The translations under genes were made by a program, and so were the position numbers. A DNA stretch of 64,000 bases from Minisyncoccota bacterium. Its GTDB lineage: Bacteria > Patescibacteriota > Minisyncoccia > UBA6257 > UBA9933. The notes under the pieces were generated by a model. That model searched no databases. It had not been told where the DNA came from and worked only from the letters and a program-made list of their open reading frames with translations. The stretch covers positions 129,398-193,397 of the forward strand of contig JBAZEU010000001.1 of assembly GCA_041653755.1 (NCBI GenBank). Direction: 5' to 3'. Positions 19,221 through 29,817 of the stretch are shown one piece after another; within the stretch, counting starts at the first letter, position 1, and the number at the start of each line of letters is the position of its first letter.

Positions 19221-20639
19221 ATGACTTACAAACCTACAATCGGTTTAGAAATCCATACAGAGCTAAAAACTGCGCAAAAGATGTTTTGCGGTTGTTCGAA
19301 TGACCCGGAAGAAAAAAGACCGAATATTAATGTTTGCCCTATTTGTTTGGCCCACCCGGGAGCGTTGCCGACTATTAATAAAGAAGCGGTGGAAAAGGTC
19401 ATACAAGTTGGTTTGGCTTTGGGTTCTAATTCGCCAGCTGGCGAATCTAAATTCGACCGTAAAAATTATTTTTATCCGGACCTGCCAAAGGGTTATCAAA
19501 TTTCTCAATTTGATGCGCCGCTCTGCGTTGGCGGGAATTTAAATAATATCCGAATTACCAGAATTCACCTTGAAGAAGATACAGCTCGTTTACTTCATTC
19601 AAATAAAGACGATTCTTCTTTAGTTGATTTTAATCGTGCCGGAATGCCATTGATGGAGCTGGTGACTGAACCGGACATTAAAAGCGCTGAAGAGGCGTTA
19701 AGTTTTGTAAAAGAGTTACAGCTGATTTTAAAATATTTGGGTGTGTCCGATGCTGATATGGAAAAAGGTCAGATGCGTTGTGAAGTGAATATATCGTTAT
19801 CAAAAAATGATAAATTAGGCACAAAGGTAGAAATAAAAAATTTGAATTCTTTCAGGGCAGTAGGGGAGTCAATTAAATATGAAATTGAAAGGCAGACAGA
19901 AGCGTTAGAAAAAGGAGAAAAAATTGTTCAGGAGACAATGGGTTGGGATGATATAAAGAAAAAAACAATTAGCCAAAGGACAAAAGAAGAGTCGCATGAT
20001 TATCGTTATTTCCCCGAACCGGATTTGCCGCCATTAGATTTAACAAAACTCGATTTAGAAAACTTAAAACGTGATTTGCCGGAACTGCCGGTCCAAAAGC
20101 GCGAAAGATTTATTAAAGAATACGGCTTAACCTCTCAACAAGTTGAATTATTGGTTATTGACCGTTTTGCCGGAAAATTTTTCGAAGAAGCCGTATCGGA
20201 ACTACAAACTACTAACGATAAACTACTAACTAATTTATACAATTATTTAACCAGTGATTTGTTTGGTCTGATTTCGCAGACAAAAATCGGGTATAAGGAT
20301 TTGAAAATTACGCCAGAGAATTTTGCGGAATTGATGAATATGATCGATAAAAAAGAAGTTTCTACCCGTACCGCAAAAGATGTTTTGAAAATTATGCTTG
20401 ATACTGGCCGTGATCCATTAGAGATTATTGAAAGTGAAGGGCTGAAACAAATTTCTGATGAATCTGGGATTATAGAAGTTGTTAAAAAAGTTATTTCAGA
20501 AAATCCGAAACCAGTTGAAGATTATAAGAAAGGCAAAGAAAACGCCATTCAGGCGTTGATAGGTAAAGCAATGGGACAGTTAAAAGGCAGAGCAAATCCA
20601 GAATCGTTGAAAAAGCTGATAAAAGAAAATTTAAGGTAG
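19221..20639 (+). CDS. gatB: Asp/Glu-tRNA amidotransferase subunit B
   Basis: IGLEIH, FDRKNYFYPDLPKGYQISQ, DYRYFPEPDL. Confidence 0.97.
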   Translation: MTYKPTIGLEIHTELKTAQKMFCGCSNDPEEKRPNINVCPICLAHPGALPTINKEAVEKVIQVGLALGSNSPAGESKFDRKNYFYPDLPKGYQISQFDAPLCVGGNLNNIRITRIHLEEDTARLLHSNKDDSSLVDFNRAGMPLMELVTEPDIKSAEEALSFVKELQLILKYLGVSDADMEKGQMRCEVNISLSKNDKLGTKVEIKNLNSFRAVGESIKYEIERQTEALEKGEKIVQETMGWDDIKKKTISQRTKEESHDYRYFPEPDLPPLDLTKLDLENLKRDLPELPVQKRERFIKEYGLTSQQVELLVIDRFAGKFFEEAVSELQTTNDKLLTNLYNYLTSDLFGLISQTKIGYKDLKITPENFAELMNMIDKKEVSTRTAKDVLKIMLDTGRDPLEIIESEGLKQISDESGIIEVVKKVISENPKPVEDYKKGKENAIQALIGKAMGQLKGRANPESLKKLIKENLR

Positions 20640-20683
20640 TTTATCTCTTGTATTTCTTCCTTGTATCTTAGATAATTAATTAA

Positions 20684-22555
20684 ATGTCTAAATTAGCAAA
20701 AACCCTTGCTGTCATTGGAGTTATCTCTATGTTGGTTCCTTCTGTTTTTGCCGTTTCTAACGCTGATTTACAGGCTCAACTTAATGCTCTTTTAGCTCAA
20801 CTTCATTCTCTTCAGACCCAACTGAATCAAGGCAGCTCTTGCCCTTCTGTTGTTTTCTCAAAAGACTTGGAATTAGGATCAGTTGGCGACGATGTCAGAG
20901 TTTTGCAAAACTTTTTAATTTCTTCTGGTGTTGGTCCGAAGGCTAGAGTGTTGGAAGCTCATGGGACCACCAGATATTTTGGCCCCCTAACCCAAGCTGC
21001 CTTAATTGAATACCAACAGTCAGTGAATATTTCTCCAGCTATTGGATATTTTGGCCCCATTACCAGAAATTACATTAATTCTTTATGTGTCACAACAACC
21101 CAAACATCTGATTTAACTATTTCAACTTCCACTGCCTCCAATGGTTTAATTCTTCTGGTTCCAACTGTTACCACCCAATCTGCTAGCTATGTTTTACCTA
21201 ATGCCGCTACCTTAAATGGTTCTATCGTTGATGAAGGAAGTTCTTCTTTAACTAGTATTGGTTTTGAGTACGGTCTAACTACCAGCTATGGTTTATAGAT
21301 TGTTTATCCTTTTTCAGGAGGGACAGGTTCTTTCCTCTTATTTGTCGCTGGTCTGGCTCCTGACACCACTTATCATTTCAGAGCCAAAGCCATGAATACT
21401 AATGGCTGGGGTTATGGAGCAGACCAAACCTTAACTACGGCCACAATCTTAAACTATTCCTATCCAGCTGGAGGCGAAACAGCTATCCCTCCTACTGTTC
21501 CAACCATCACCACTCAAGCTGCCACCAATGTGGCCACTTCTACGGTTACCTTAAATGGAACTTTAACAGCTGAAGGAGGAGCTTCATCCACTATCTCTGG
21601 TTTTGATTACGGACTTACAGATGCTTATGGCACTGAAGCCACTTCTACTTACAATGCTGGAGTAGGCACTTTTTTAGAAAATATTACCAGTTTAACTCCC
21701 AATACCACTTACCATTTTAGAGCCAAAGCCAAGAATTCAGCTGGTTGGGGTTATGGAAGTGATACAACATTAACAACAATTTCCACTTCTACATTAACTA
21801 CCAACGCAGCTACTGATCTGGCCGCTACCACTGCTACCTTGAATGGAACCTTAACTGATGAAGGTCATTCATCTTCAACTATTGTTGGTTTTCAATACGG
21901 ACTTACAGACAGCTATGGTTCTGAAGCCACTTCCACTTATTCAGGAGGGACAGGAGCTTTCTCAAAAGGCATTACAGGTTTAACAGCCAGTACTCTTTAC
22001 CACTTCAAAGCTGAAGCCAAGAACTCTGCTGGTTGGGGTTATGGAAGCGATGCGACGTTGACTACAAATGCGCCACCGGCACCTCAAACAGGATATGTTG
22101 ACCCTTCATCTGACGTATCGGTAACGTGGACAAGTGGCGCACCAGCTGACCCAACAACCCATTATACTAGAGTAGACGATGGGATAAGACAACCGAACGC
22201 TTGTGATGAAGCAAATTGGAATGGTGTGGCTTCAAATACAGGAGGAATTGACACATTTGGAATGACAAATATTGAAGGAATAGCCACTGCAACTAATATA
22301 ACTATATGGGTAAATGGGACGCTGGTTGCTGGAACTGTACCTATCTACGGTTACACCAATTTAACCGGAGCAACAACAAAGACTGCTTTTGGTTTTGCTG
22401 CTTTTACTAAAGCGTGGAAAAGTGTAAGTTTTAATGGCACTTGGACGCAAGCAGACATAGACTCTTTGCAAGTTAGCGTTGAAATGGGAAATACTGGCGG
22501 TTCTGTGAGTATGACTGCATATGGAGTATATGCTGTCATAACCTACACCCAATAA
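20684..22555 (+). pseudogene. exported peptidoglycan-binding/FN3-repeat protein interrupted by one in-frame TAG (21296-21298)
   Basis: ORFs 20684-21298 and 21392-22555 share a frame; the 31 codons between them continue the FN3-like repeat; PG-binding-like L..G..G.DV..LQ.FL...YFGPLT. Confidence 0.75.
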
Positions 22556-22627
22556 GGATAATAGATTACGTTGCGTTCGCGGTCTCTGATCCTACGAGGC
22601 GTCATAGACCCGGAGGGGCAATAAAAT

Positions 22628-23605
22628 TTAATAAAGAAAATTTTTAACTAATTTTTTGGCCTCTTTATAATTTTTTATCCATTTGATTATTTTGTCTTTT
22701 TTGAACCACGTCATTTGGCGTTTGGAAAATTGCCAGGTTTTTTGATTCAAAATTTCAATCATTTTTTCTTTAGTGATTAATTCGCGAAGGTAATAAGAAA
22801 TATACCTGTATTCTAAGCCCAATTCATCTAATCGTTTCCATGTTAATCCTCGTTGGTATAACTTTTTAATCTCTTCTATCATCCCTTGTTTTAGCCGTTT
22901 TTCTAGCCGGATTTTAATCAATTTTTGTAGTTCTTCTTTTGGTTTTTTTATCCCGATAATTAAAACATCAAACGTTGCTGTACGCTGATTTAAATCTGAT
23001 TTATGCGGATTTGGTTTGCCGGTGATTAAAACAATCTCTAACGCTCTGATTAATCGGCGTTTATTATATTTATCAATGTTTTTTGCTCTTTGCGGGTCAA
23101 GTTTTTTTAGTTGCTTGAAAAGTTCTTCAATGGATTTTTTCTCCAGTTTTTCTCTTAATTTTTTCTGTGGCGGAACTTCCGGAATTTGCCAGTTGTAAAT
23201 TAAAGAATAAATATAAAAAGCCGTACCGCCGCAGATTATTGGGATTTTACCTTTGGCTATGATTTTTTTTATAGCTTTTTTTGCCAGTTTTTGGTATTGC
23301 GCAACCGTGAATCTATTCTTGGGCGAAGCTATGTCTAGGAGATGGTGACGAATGCCTTGATGATAGAATTCTGAACTCTGAATTCTTAATTTTGAATTAA
23401 GGTCTTTCGTGACCTTTCCGGAGCCAAGATCAAGGCCTTTATAAACTTGTCTTGAATCAGCCGAAATAATTTCAATCCCGTTTATCCCGAATGTTTTTCG
23501 GGCCTGCCCGGAACTTAAGTGGAGGGCAATCTTTACAGCCAAGCCCGATTTTCCCGAGGCAGTAGGACCAAGAACAACGATTATTTTGTCTTTTTTATTC
23601 ATCAT
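22628..23605 (-). CDS. miaA: tRNA dimethylallyltransferase
   Basis: GPTASGKS, ISADSRQVY, GGTAFY, KRQMTWF. Confidence 0.95.
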   Translation of the reverse strand: MMNKKDKIIVVLGPTASGKSGLAVKIALHLSSGQARKTFGINGIEIISADSRQVYKGLDLGSGKVTKDLNSKLRIQSSEFYHQGIRHHLLDIASPKNRFTVAQYQKLAKKAIKKIIAKGKIPIICGGTAFYIYSLIYNWQIPEVPPQKKLREKLEKKSIEELFKQLKKLDPQRAKNIDKYNKRRLIRALEIVLITGKPNPHKSDLNQRTATFDVLIIGIKKPKEELQKLIKIRLEKRLKQGMIEEIKKLYQRGLTWKRLDELGLEYRYISYYLRELITKEKMIEILNQKTWQFSKRQMTWFKKDKIIKWIKNYKEAKKLVKNFLY

Positions 23606-23627
23606 TTCCTTGATATGATTATACTAT

Positions 23628-24623
23628 ATGAATATAGCTTTTTTCGAAACTGAAAAATGGGAAAAGGACTATTTATCCCAGAGAATTAAGGATTATCAAC
23701 TAAGCTTTCTTGAGAAGCCGTTAACGATCGAAAACGTAAATGAAGCGCAAAACGCCGAAATTATTTCGGTTTTTATTTATTCTAAAATTGACAAAGCGGT
23801 TTTGGACAAATTACCTAACCTGAAATTAATCGCTACTCAATCTACCGGTTTCGACCACATTGATATTGAAGAGTGTAAAAAAAGAAATATTGTTGTTTGT
23901 AATGTTCCTTTTTACGGAGAAAATACGGTTGCCGAGCACACTTTTGCTTTAATTCTTTCTATTTCAAGAAATATTCATAAATCATATTTAAGAACCACTC
24001 GAGAAGATTATACTATCGAGGGTCTCAAAGGTTTTGATTTAAAAGGGAAAACAATTGGTGTCATCGGTACCGGTCATATCGGCGAACACGTGATAAGAAT
24101 TGCCAAGGGTTTTGAAATGAATGTTTTGGCTTTTGATGTGAAGCAAAACAGTGAGCTAGCAACTAAATTGGGATTTCAATATGTCTCATTGGAAGACTTA
24201 TTGAAGCAGTCAGATATTATTACTCTTCATGCTCCTTATAATGAGAATACACATCATATGATAAATAAAGAGAATATTGGTTTAATTAAACCCGGCGCGG
24301 TCTTAATAAATACCAGTCGTGGTGGATTAGTTGATACTGAAGCATTAATAGAGGCCTTGGATAAAAAGCTTTTATCCGGTGTCGGTTTGGATGTTCTGGA
24401 AGGAGAAGAGCTTATTAAAGAAGAAAAACAGCTTTTATATGATCCGAAAAAGATAAATGATTTAACCCAGCTCGTTAAAGACCATATTCTTTTAAGCAGA
24501 GATAATGTAGTTTTTACGCCTCATATCGCGTTTTATAGCCAGGAAGCATTGGAAAGAATTTTAGATACCACGATTGAAAATATAAAGAATTTTATTGCTG
24601 GAATCCCCAGTAATAAAATATAA
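23628..24623 (+). CDS. D-2-hydroxyacid (D-lactate-like) dehydrogenase
   Basis: STGFDHID, GVIGTGHIG, INTSRG, LDVLE.E, TPHIAF. Confidence 0.9.
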   Translation: MNIAFFETEKWEKDYLSQRIKDYQLSFLEKPLTIENVNEAQNAEIISVFIYSKIDKAVLDKLPNLKLIATQSTGFDHIDIEECKKRNIVVCNVPFYGENTVAEHTFALILSISRNIHKSYLRTTREDYTIEGLKGFDLKGKTIGVIGTGHIGEHVIRIAKGFEMNVLAFDVKQNSELATKLGFQYVSLEDLLKQSDIITLHAPYNENTHHMINKENIGLIKPGAVLINTSRGGLVDTEALIEALDKKLLSGVGLDVLEGEELIKEEKQLLYDPKKINDLTQLVKDHILLSRDNVVFTPHIAFYSQEALERILDTTIENIKNFIAGIPSNKI

Positions 24624-24670
24624 ATAATTTTGTTTCAGGAAAATCGCAAAATACAGTGCAGTAAGGTAAA

Positions 24671-26428
24671 TTACTTTTTCTCTTCGATTTCCTCGAGAAT
24701 GTCTTTTATAAATTCTTCCGGAGTTTTCGTTTCTGATTTTTCAGTTCTGGTGTTCGTTATATTTATATTTTTTGCGGCAATTTCTTTGTCTCCGATAACC
24801 ACGATATAGGGGATTTTATTGATTTTTGCTTCTCTAACCTTTTTGCCAACAGTTTGGTTGTCTTCGTCCAAAGTAGCTCTTATCCCGTTTTCATTTAATA
24901 AGCTAAAAACTTCTTGCGCGTAATTTTTATGGCTTTCATTAACGGTTATTATTGAAATTTGAATAGGGGATAGCCAGACAGGAAAAGCGCCGGCATAGTG
25001 TTCTATCAAAACCCCGATAAATCTTTCCAAAGATCCCAATAAAGCCCGGTGGAGCATGAATGGCCTTTCCTTTTGTGATTTTTCGTTAATGAAATCGATA
25101 TCAAACCTTTCCGGCAGGTTAAAATCAACTTGAAGAGTGGATATTTGCCATTCCCGGCCAAGCGAATCTTTTACTTTGATATCCATTTTCGGGCCGTAAA
25201 AAACCGCTTCGCCTTCTTCTATCTCAAAATCCCACCCAGCCTTTTTAATCCCTTTTGCCAGCATGTTTTCCGATTCTTTCCATAATTCATCAGAACCTAA
25301 ATATTTCTTTTTATTTTTAGGGTCACGGACGCTCAATGCCACTCGGAAATCTTTAAACCCAAAGGTTTCGAGAACATCTTTTGTCAGTTTAATAGCTTTT
25401 TCAATTTCTTCTTCTAATTGGTCTTTGCGGCAAATTATATGGCCATCATCTTGCGTAAACCCTCTGACACGAGTTAAGCCGTGAAGAACCCCTGACTTTT
25501 CGTAGCGATAAACCGTGCCAAGTTCAGCGTATCTTATCGGCAAATCACGGTAACTTTTCGGAGAATTTTTATAAATCATTAAATGCATCGGGCAGTTCAT
25601 CGGCTTCAAATAATATTTTTCTTTTTCCACTTCAAGAGGGGAGTACATACCTTCTTTATAGTTGGTCAAATGGCCGGAAATTGAAAAAAGTTTTTCACTG
25701 CCGATGTGAGGAGTGCGAACAAGATCATAACCATTTTTAAGATATTTCTGAATAATAAAATCCTCAAGAATTTGGCGAAGCAATGCGCCTTTGGGCAGCC
25801 AGAGCGGAAGTCCTTGGCCGACCTCTTCAGAAATCATAAAAAGTCCAAGTTTTTGGCCGAGTAACACATGATTTCTTTTTTCTGATTCTTCAAGAATTCT
25901 TAGATATTCATCAAGTTGTTGTTTGTTTTCAAAAGCAATGCCATAGATTCTGGTGAGCATTTTATTTTTTTCACTGCCTTTCCAGTAAGCGCCGGCAAGT
26001 TTGGTAAATTTAAACGACTCGGGGTCGATTTCAGAAGTATTTTTAATATGCGGACCAGCGCAAAGATCAACAAACGAACCGGTTTCATATACGGAAATTT
26101 TTTCTTTTGTTTTTTGGAGTTCTTTGATGAGCTCTAATTTGTACGATTGATCCTTAAAAAGTTTTTTTGCTTCAGCGGCAGTAATTATTTTCTTTTGAAA
26201 ATCTAGTTTAGATTTTATCAGTTCTTTTACCCGTTTTTCGATCTTCGGCAAATCCTCTTCGGCTATTTTCCTTCCGTTTCCTCCGGGCAAATCGAAATCA
26301 TAGTAGAAGCCGTTTTCAATAGTTGGTCCGATGCCCAACTTTGTTTTCGGGTACATTTCTAAAACTGCCATTGCCATCAAATGACTTAAGGAATGTCTTT
26401 TCGCGTCTAAATTGCTCTCTTTCGCCAT
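24671..26428 (-). CDS. thrS: threonine--tRNA ligase
   Basis: HSLSHLMA, DLCAGPH, KPMNCP, RYEKSG, HRALLGSLERF. Confidence 0.97.
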   Translation of the reverse strand: MAKESNLDAKRHSLSHLMAMAVLEMYPKTKLGIGPTIENGFYYDFDLPGGNGRKIAEEDLPKIEKRVKELIKSKLDFQKKIITAAEAKKLFKDQSYKLELIKELQKTKEKISVYETGSFVDLCAGPHIKNTSEIDPESFKFTKLAGAYWKGSEKNKMLTRIYGIAFENKQQLDEYLRILEESEKRNHVLLGQKLGLFMISEEVGQGLPLWLPKGALLRQILEDFIIQKYLKNGYDLVRTPHIGSEKLFSISGHLTNYKEGMYSPLEVEKEKYYLKPMNCPMHLMIYKNSPKSYRDLPIRYAELGTVYRYEKSGVLHGLTRVRGFTQDDGHIICRKDQLEEEIEKAIKLTKDVLETFGFKDFRVALSVRDPKNKKKYLGSDELWKESENMLAKGIKKAGWDFEIEEGEAVFYGPKMDIKVKDSLGREWQISTLQVDFNLPERFDIDFINEKSQKERPFMLHRALLGSLERFIGVLIEHYAGAFPVWLSPIQISIITVNESHKNYAQEVFSLLNENGIRATLDEDNQTVGKKVREAKINKIPYIVVIGDKEIAAKNINITNTRTEKSETKTPEEFIKDILEEIEEKK

Positions 26429-26464
26429 AGGCCTATTTTAGTAAAAAAAGACGTTAAAATCAAT

Positions 26465-29400
26465 CTAATTTATCTCTATCGCTCCTTGGCAGACGATCTT
26501 TGGTTCATCATTGCGCCAAGATAGTTGTCCTTCAATCACTAAAATATTATTCTCCCGCCAAATTGTTGGATTTTTAGCCAAGGCATCAGCGAACACAACA
26601 ACTTCAACGGATGAATCGAAATCCTCGATTTTTACAAAAAGAATTGGCTGACCATTTTTACTGATGATTCTTTTAATCGTAGAAATAATTCCGGCGATTC
26701 TTATCCTGTTATTGCTGCGTTTGAAAGCGCCAAAAGTATGAGTTTTCCCATTATCCCCGTTGCCAATAACTTCTTTTATTGGCGATGCTTTATATCCTTT
26801 TATCTGAGATTGATAATCACTTAATGGGTGACCGGAGATATAAAGACCGAGCAGTTGTTTTTCCCATGCCAGTTTTTCTTTTTTGGAAATCGGCTGGGCT
26901 GGTTTTAATTTTAAGCCGCCGTTGCCATTCGGATAATTTGAACCAAAAAGATTGTCTTGGGCATTATCTTTTTCTTTTTTGGCGTTTTGCCTGAAAGATA
27001 TAATTTCTTCAATACTTGCCAAAAGAGTGTTTCGGTCTACGTCTAAAGAATCAAAGACGCCGGTTTTTGTTAACGCTTCCAAAGATTTTTTATTTAAATC
27101 TTTGTGGCTGACTCTTGAGATAAAATCAGAAAAATTAATAAATGGTCCGGAACGCATCCTTTCATCGATTATAAAATCTACAATGTTTTTACCAACATTT
27201 TTTATGGCCAATAAACCAAATCGGATATTTTTTTCTTCCGGAGCGAAATATGAAAAACTTTTGTTTATATCAGGCGGTAAAACGATAATCTTTGATTTTT
27301 TCGCTTCGGCTATCAAAAACGCAATCCTTTCTATGTCGCTAGAATCAGCATTTAAAAGAGAGGTCATAAATTCGGTTGGCCAGTGGGTCTTCAAATAGGC
27401 CGTTTGGTAGCCAATAAGGGCGTAGCAGACGCTGTGGCTGCGATTAAAGCCATATTTAGCGAACGGTTCAAACCATTGCCAGATTGTTTCGGCCGTCTTT
27501 TGATCTATATTCCTCTTTAACATTCCTTCGATGAGCTTCCCTTTTTGCATATCGAGGAGAGATTTAATTTTCTTACCGATAGCTTTTCTTAATGTGTCAG
27601 CCTCAGAGAGAGAAAAGCCGCCCATATTTCTGGCGATTTCCATCATCTGTTCCTGATAAATTCCAATGCCGTAGGTTTTTGAAAGAATTTTTTCCAAGTC
27701 AGGATGAATATAAGTGATTTTTTCTTGCTTATGTTTTCTTTTAATATATTGCGGAATAAGCTCCATCGGGCCGGGACGATACAAAGCAACCATCGCTATA
27801 ATGTCTTCAAGCTCGGTGGGCTTTAATTCTTTTAAGTAGTGGCGCATACCGCTGCTTTCCAGCTGGAAAACGCCGATAGTTTCCGCATTCTGGAATAATT
27901 GGAAAGTTTTTTTGTCGTCTAGCGGTATCTTTGAAATATCAATTTTTTCTCCGGTGAGTTCGAAAATTAATCGAATTGTCTCTTCGATAATGGTTAAGTT
28001 TTTTAATCCCAAGAAATCCATTTTTAAAATTCCTAAATCTTCGATGGAATGCATTTCGAATTGAGTAATAATAAGATTTGGATCTTGTGGTGCTCTTTGG
28101 AGGGGAACAATTTCGGTCAGCGGATCTTTGGAAATCACAATACCGCAAGCATGAACAGAGGCGTGTCTGGCCACGCCTTCGAGATGAGAAGCGGCATCAA
28201 TTATTTTTTTAGCATCGTCGTTGCTTTCATATAAGCTTTTTATATCAGCTACTTTCTCAAGCGATTCCTGAAGACCCATCATTGGCGGAATTAATTTTGA
28301 CAATTGATCGCATAATGCGTAAGTCATGCCTAAAGCCCTCCCAGCATCTCTAATTGCAGCGCGGCTGGCCATTGTTCCGAAAGTGATAATTTGCGCAACT
28401 TTATCCTCGCCGTATCTTTGTTTAACATAGCCTAAAACTTCATCGCGTCTGACGTCGGTAAAATCGATATCGATATCAGGCATTTGGATTCTGTCCGGAT
28501 TCAAAAATCTTTCAAAGAGAAGGTCGTATTTTATCGGGTCGACATCTGTTATGTTCAAAATGTAGGAGACAATGCTACCGGCGGCTGAACCTCTTCCCGG
28601 GCCAACGACAATGCCCTGATTTTTCGCCCAGTTGACGATGTCTTGAACGATTAAAAAGTAGTCGGCAAAACCGGTCTTTTCGATTACCGAAAGCTCATAC
28701 GCTAGACGCTCTTTTGCGGCTTCGTCTGTTTCTGGATAGCGTTGAGGGAATCTTTCGTTAATTAATTGTTCTAAATAAGTATTGCTATTTTCACCGGTTG
28801 GCAACGGAAATTCTGGAAGTCGTATTTGATTTAACGTTATTTGGACATTGCATCGGTCAGCGATTTTTACAGTATTCTCAATGGCTTTAGGAAGGTCTTT
28901 GAAATTTTCTATCATTTCTTCCGGCGTGGACATTGAAAGATCGTCTGAAAAAGTTAATCGTTTTTCGTCGGTGACTTTGTTCCCGGTTTGAACAGCCAAC
29001 AAAATATCTTGGTATTCAGCATCTTCTTTTCTTAAATAATGGATGTCTTGGGTGGCGACTAAAGGAATGCCAGTTTCTTGAGAGAGTTTTTTAAGATCTT
29101 TATTTACTTTTTCGATTGCTTCAACTTTCGGATGGTGGCCAATTTCTATGAAGAAATTATCTTTCCCAAAAATATCTTGATAAGTTTTTGCGACCTCTTT
29201 GGCTTGTTCGAATTTGTTATTCAAAATCAATTGTGGAATTTCTCCTTGCATGCAGCCGGATAAAGCAATTAGCCCTTCGTGAAGTTCTTTTAAGATTTCT
29301 TTATCAGCCCGCGGTTTATAATAGAAGCCTTCAAGGTTTGCTTTCGTGACAATCTTCAATAAATTTTTCCAGCCGGTTTCATTTTCGCAAAGAAGGGTGA

Positions 29401-29665
29401 GATGAAAATATTTTCCGTTGGCTTGAACACTTTTTTCGAAACGGCTTTCAGGCGCAACATACATTTCAACACCTAAAATTGGTTTGATTTCAAATTTTCT
29501 CGCCGCCTTATAGAATTCAATTGCGCCATAAAGATTACCGTGATCAGTTAAGGCTATGGCATCCATTCCCAGTTCTTTTACCCGTTTGACTAAATCCTCG
29601 ATCTTAGCCAACCCATCAAGTAGGGAGTAATGACTATGCGTATGTAAATGAATAAACTTTGACAT
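26465..29665 (-). CDS. dnaE: DNA polymerase III alpha subunit
   Basis: PHP HLHTHSHYSLLDG, GRGSAAGS, PDIDIDF, YGFNRSH. Confidence 0.97.
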   Translation of the reverse strand: MSKFIHLHTHSHYSLLDGLAKIEDLVKRVKELGMDAIALTDHGNLYGAIEFYKAARKFEIKPILGVEMYVAPESRFEKSVQANGKYFHLTLLCENETGWKNLLKIVTKANLEGFYYKPRADKEILKELHEGLIALSGCMQGEIPQLILNNKFEQAKEVAKTYQDIFGKDNFFIEIGHHPKVEAIEKVNKDLKKLSQETGIPLVATQDIHYLRKEDAEYQDILLAVQTGNKVTDEKRLTFSDDLSMSTPEEMIENFKDLPKAIENTVKIADRCNVQITLNQIRLPEFPLPTGENSNTYLEQLINERFPQRYPETDEAAKERLAYELSVIEKTGFADYFLIVQDIVNWAKNQGIVVGPGRGSAAGSIVSYILNITDVDPIKYDLLFERFLNPDRIQMPDIDIDFTDVRRDEVLGYVKQRYGEDKVAQIITFGTMASRAAIRDAGRALGMTYALCDQLSKLIPPMMGLQESLEKVADIKSLYESNDDAKKIIDAASHLEGVARHASVHACGIVISKDPLTEIVPLQRAPQDPNLIITQFEMHSIEDLGILKMDFLGLKNLTIIEETIRLIFELTGEKIDISKIPLDDKKTFQLFQNAETIGVFQLESSGMRHYLKELKPTELEDIIAMVALYRPGPMELIPQYIKRKHKQEKITYIHPDLEKILSKTYGIGIYQEQMMEIARNMGGFSLSEADTLRKAIGKKIKSLLDMQKGKLIEGMLKRNIDQKTAETIWQWFEPFAKYGFNRSHSVCYALIGYQTAYLKTHWPTEFMTSLLNADSSDIERIAFLIAEAKKSKIIVLPPDINKSFSYFAPEEKNIRFGLLAIKNVGKNIVDFIIDERMRSGPFINFSDFISRVSHKDLNKKSLEALTKTGVFDSLDVDRNTLLASIEEIISFRQNAKKEKDNAQDNLFGSNYPNGNGGLKLKPAQPISKKEKLAWEKQLLGLYISGHPLSDYQSQIKGYKASPIKEVIGNGDNGKTHTFGAFKRSNNRIRIAGIISTIKRIISKNGQPILFVKIEDFDSSVEVVVFADALAKNPTIWRENNILVIEGQLSWRNDEPKIVCQGAIEIN

Positions 29666-29817
29666 AATTGTATGTAGACTTGCCCCGTTAGATTTGAGCA
29701 GAGCGAAAATCTATGCGGGGTGAACGAATTTCATAATAAGTTTAATAAAAAAGATAAGGATATTATATAATATTAAATGACTTTAATATATCGAGCTAAA
29801 GCTCGCTATACAAACCC

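Noticed and set aside
21296-21298. Stop-codon reassignment or pyrrolysine
   Set aside because: TAG and TGA terminate many conserved genes at expected positions; this is a single isolated case.
22570-22622. Long imperfect GC-rich hairpin as an ncRNA
   Set aside because: Lies between convergent genes and is adequately explained as a terminator-like structure.
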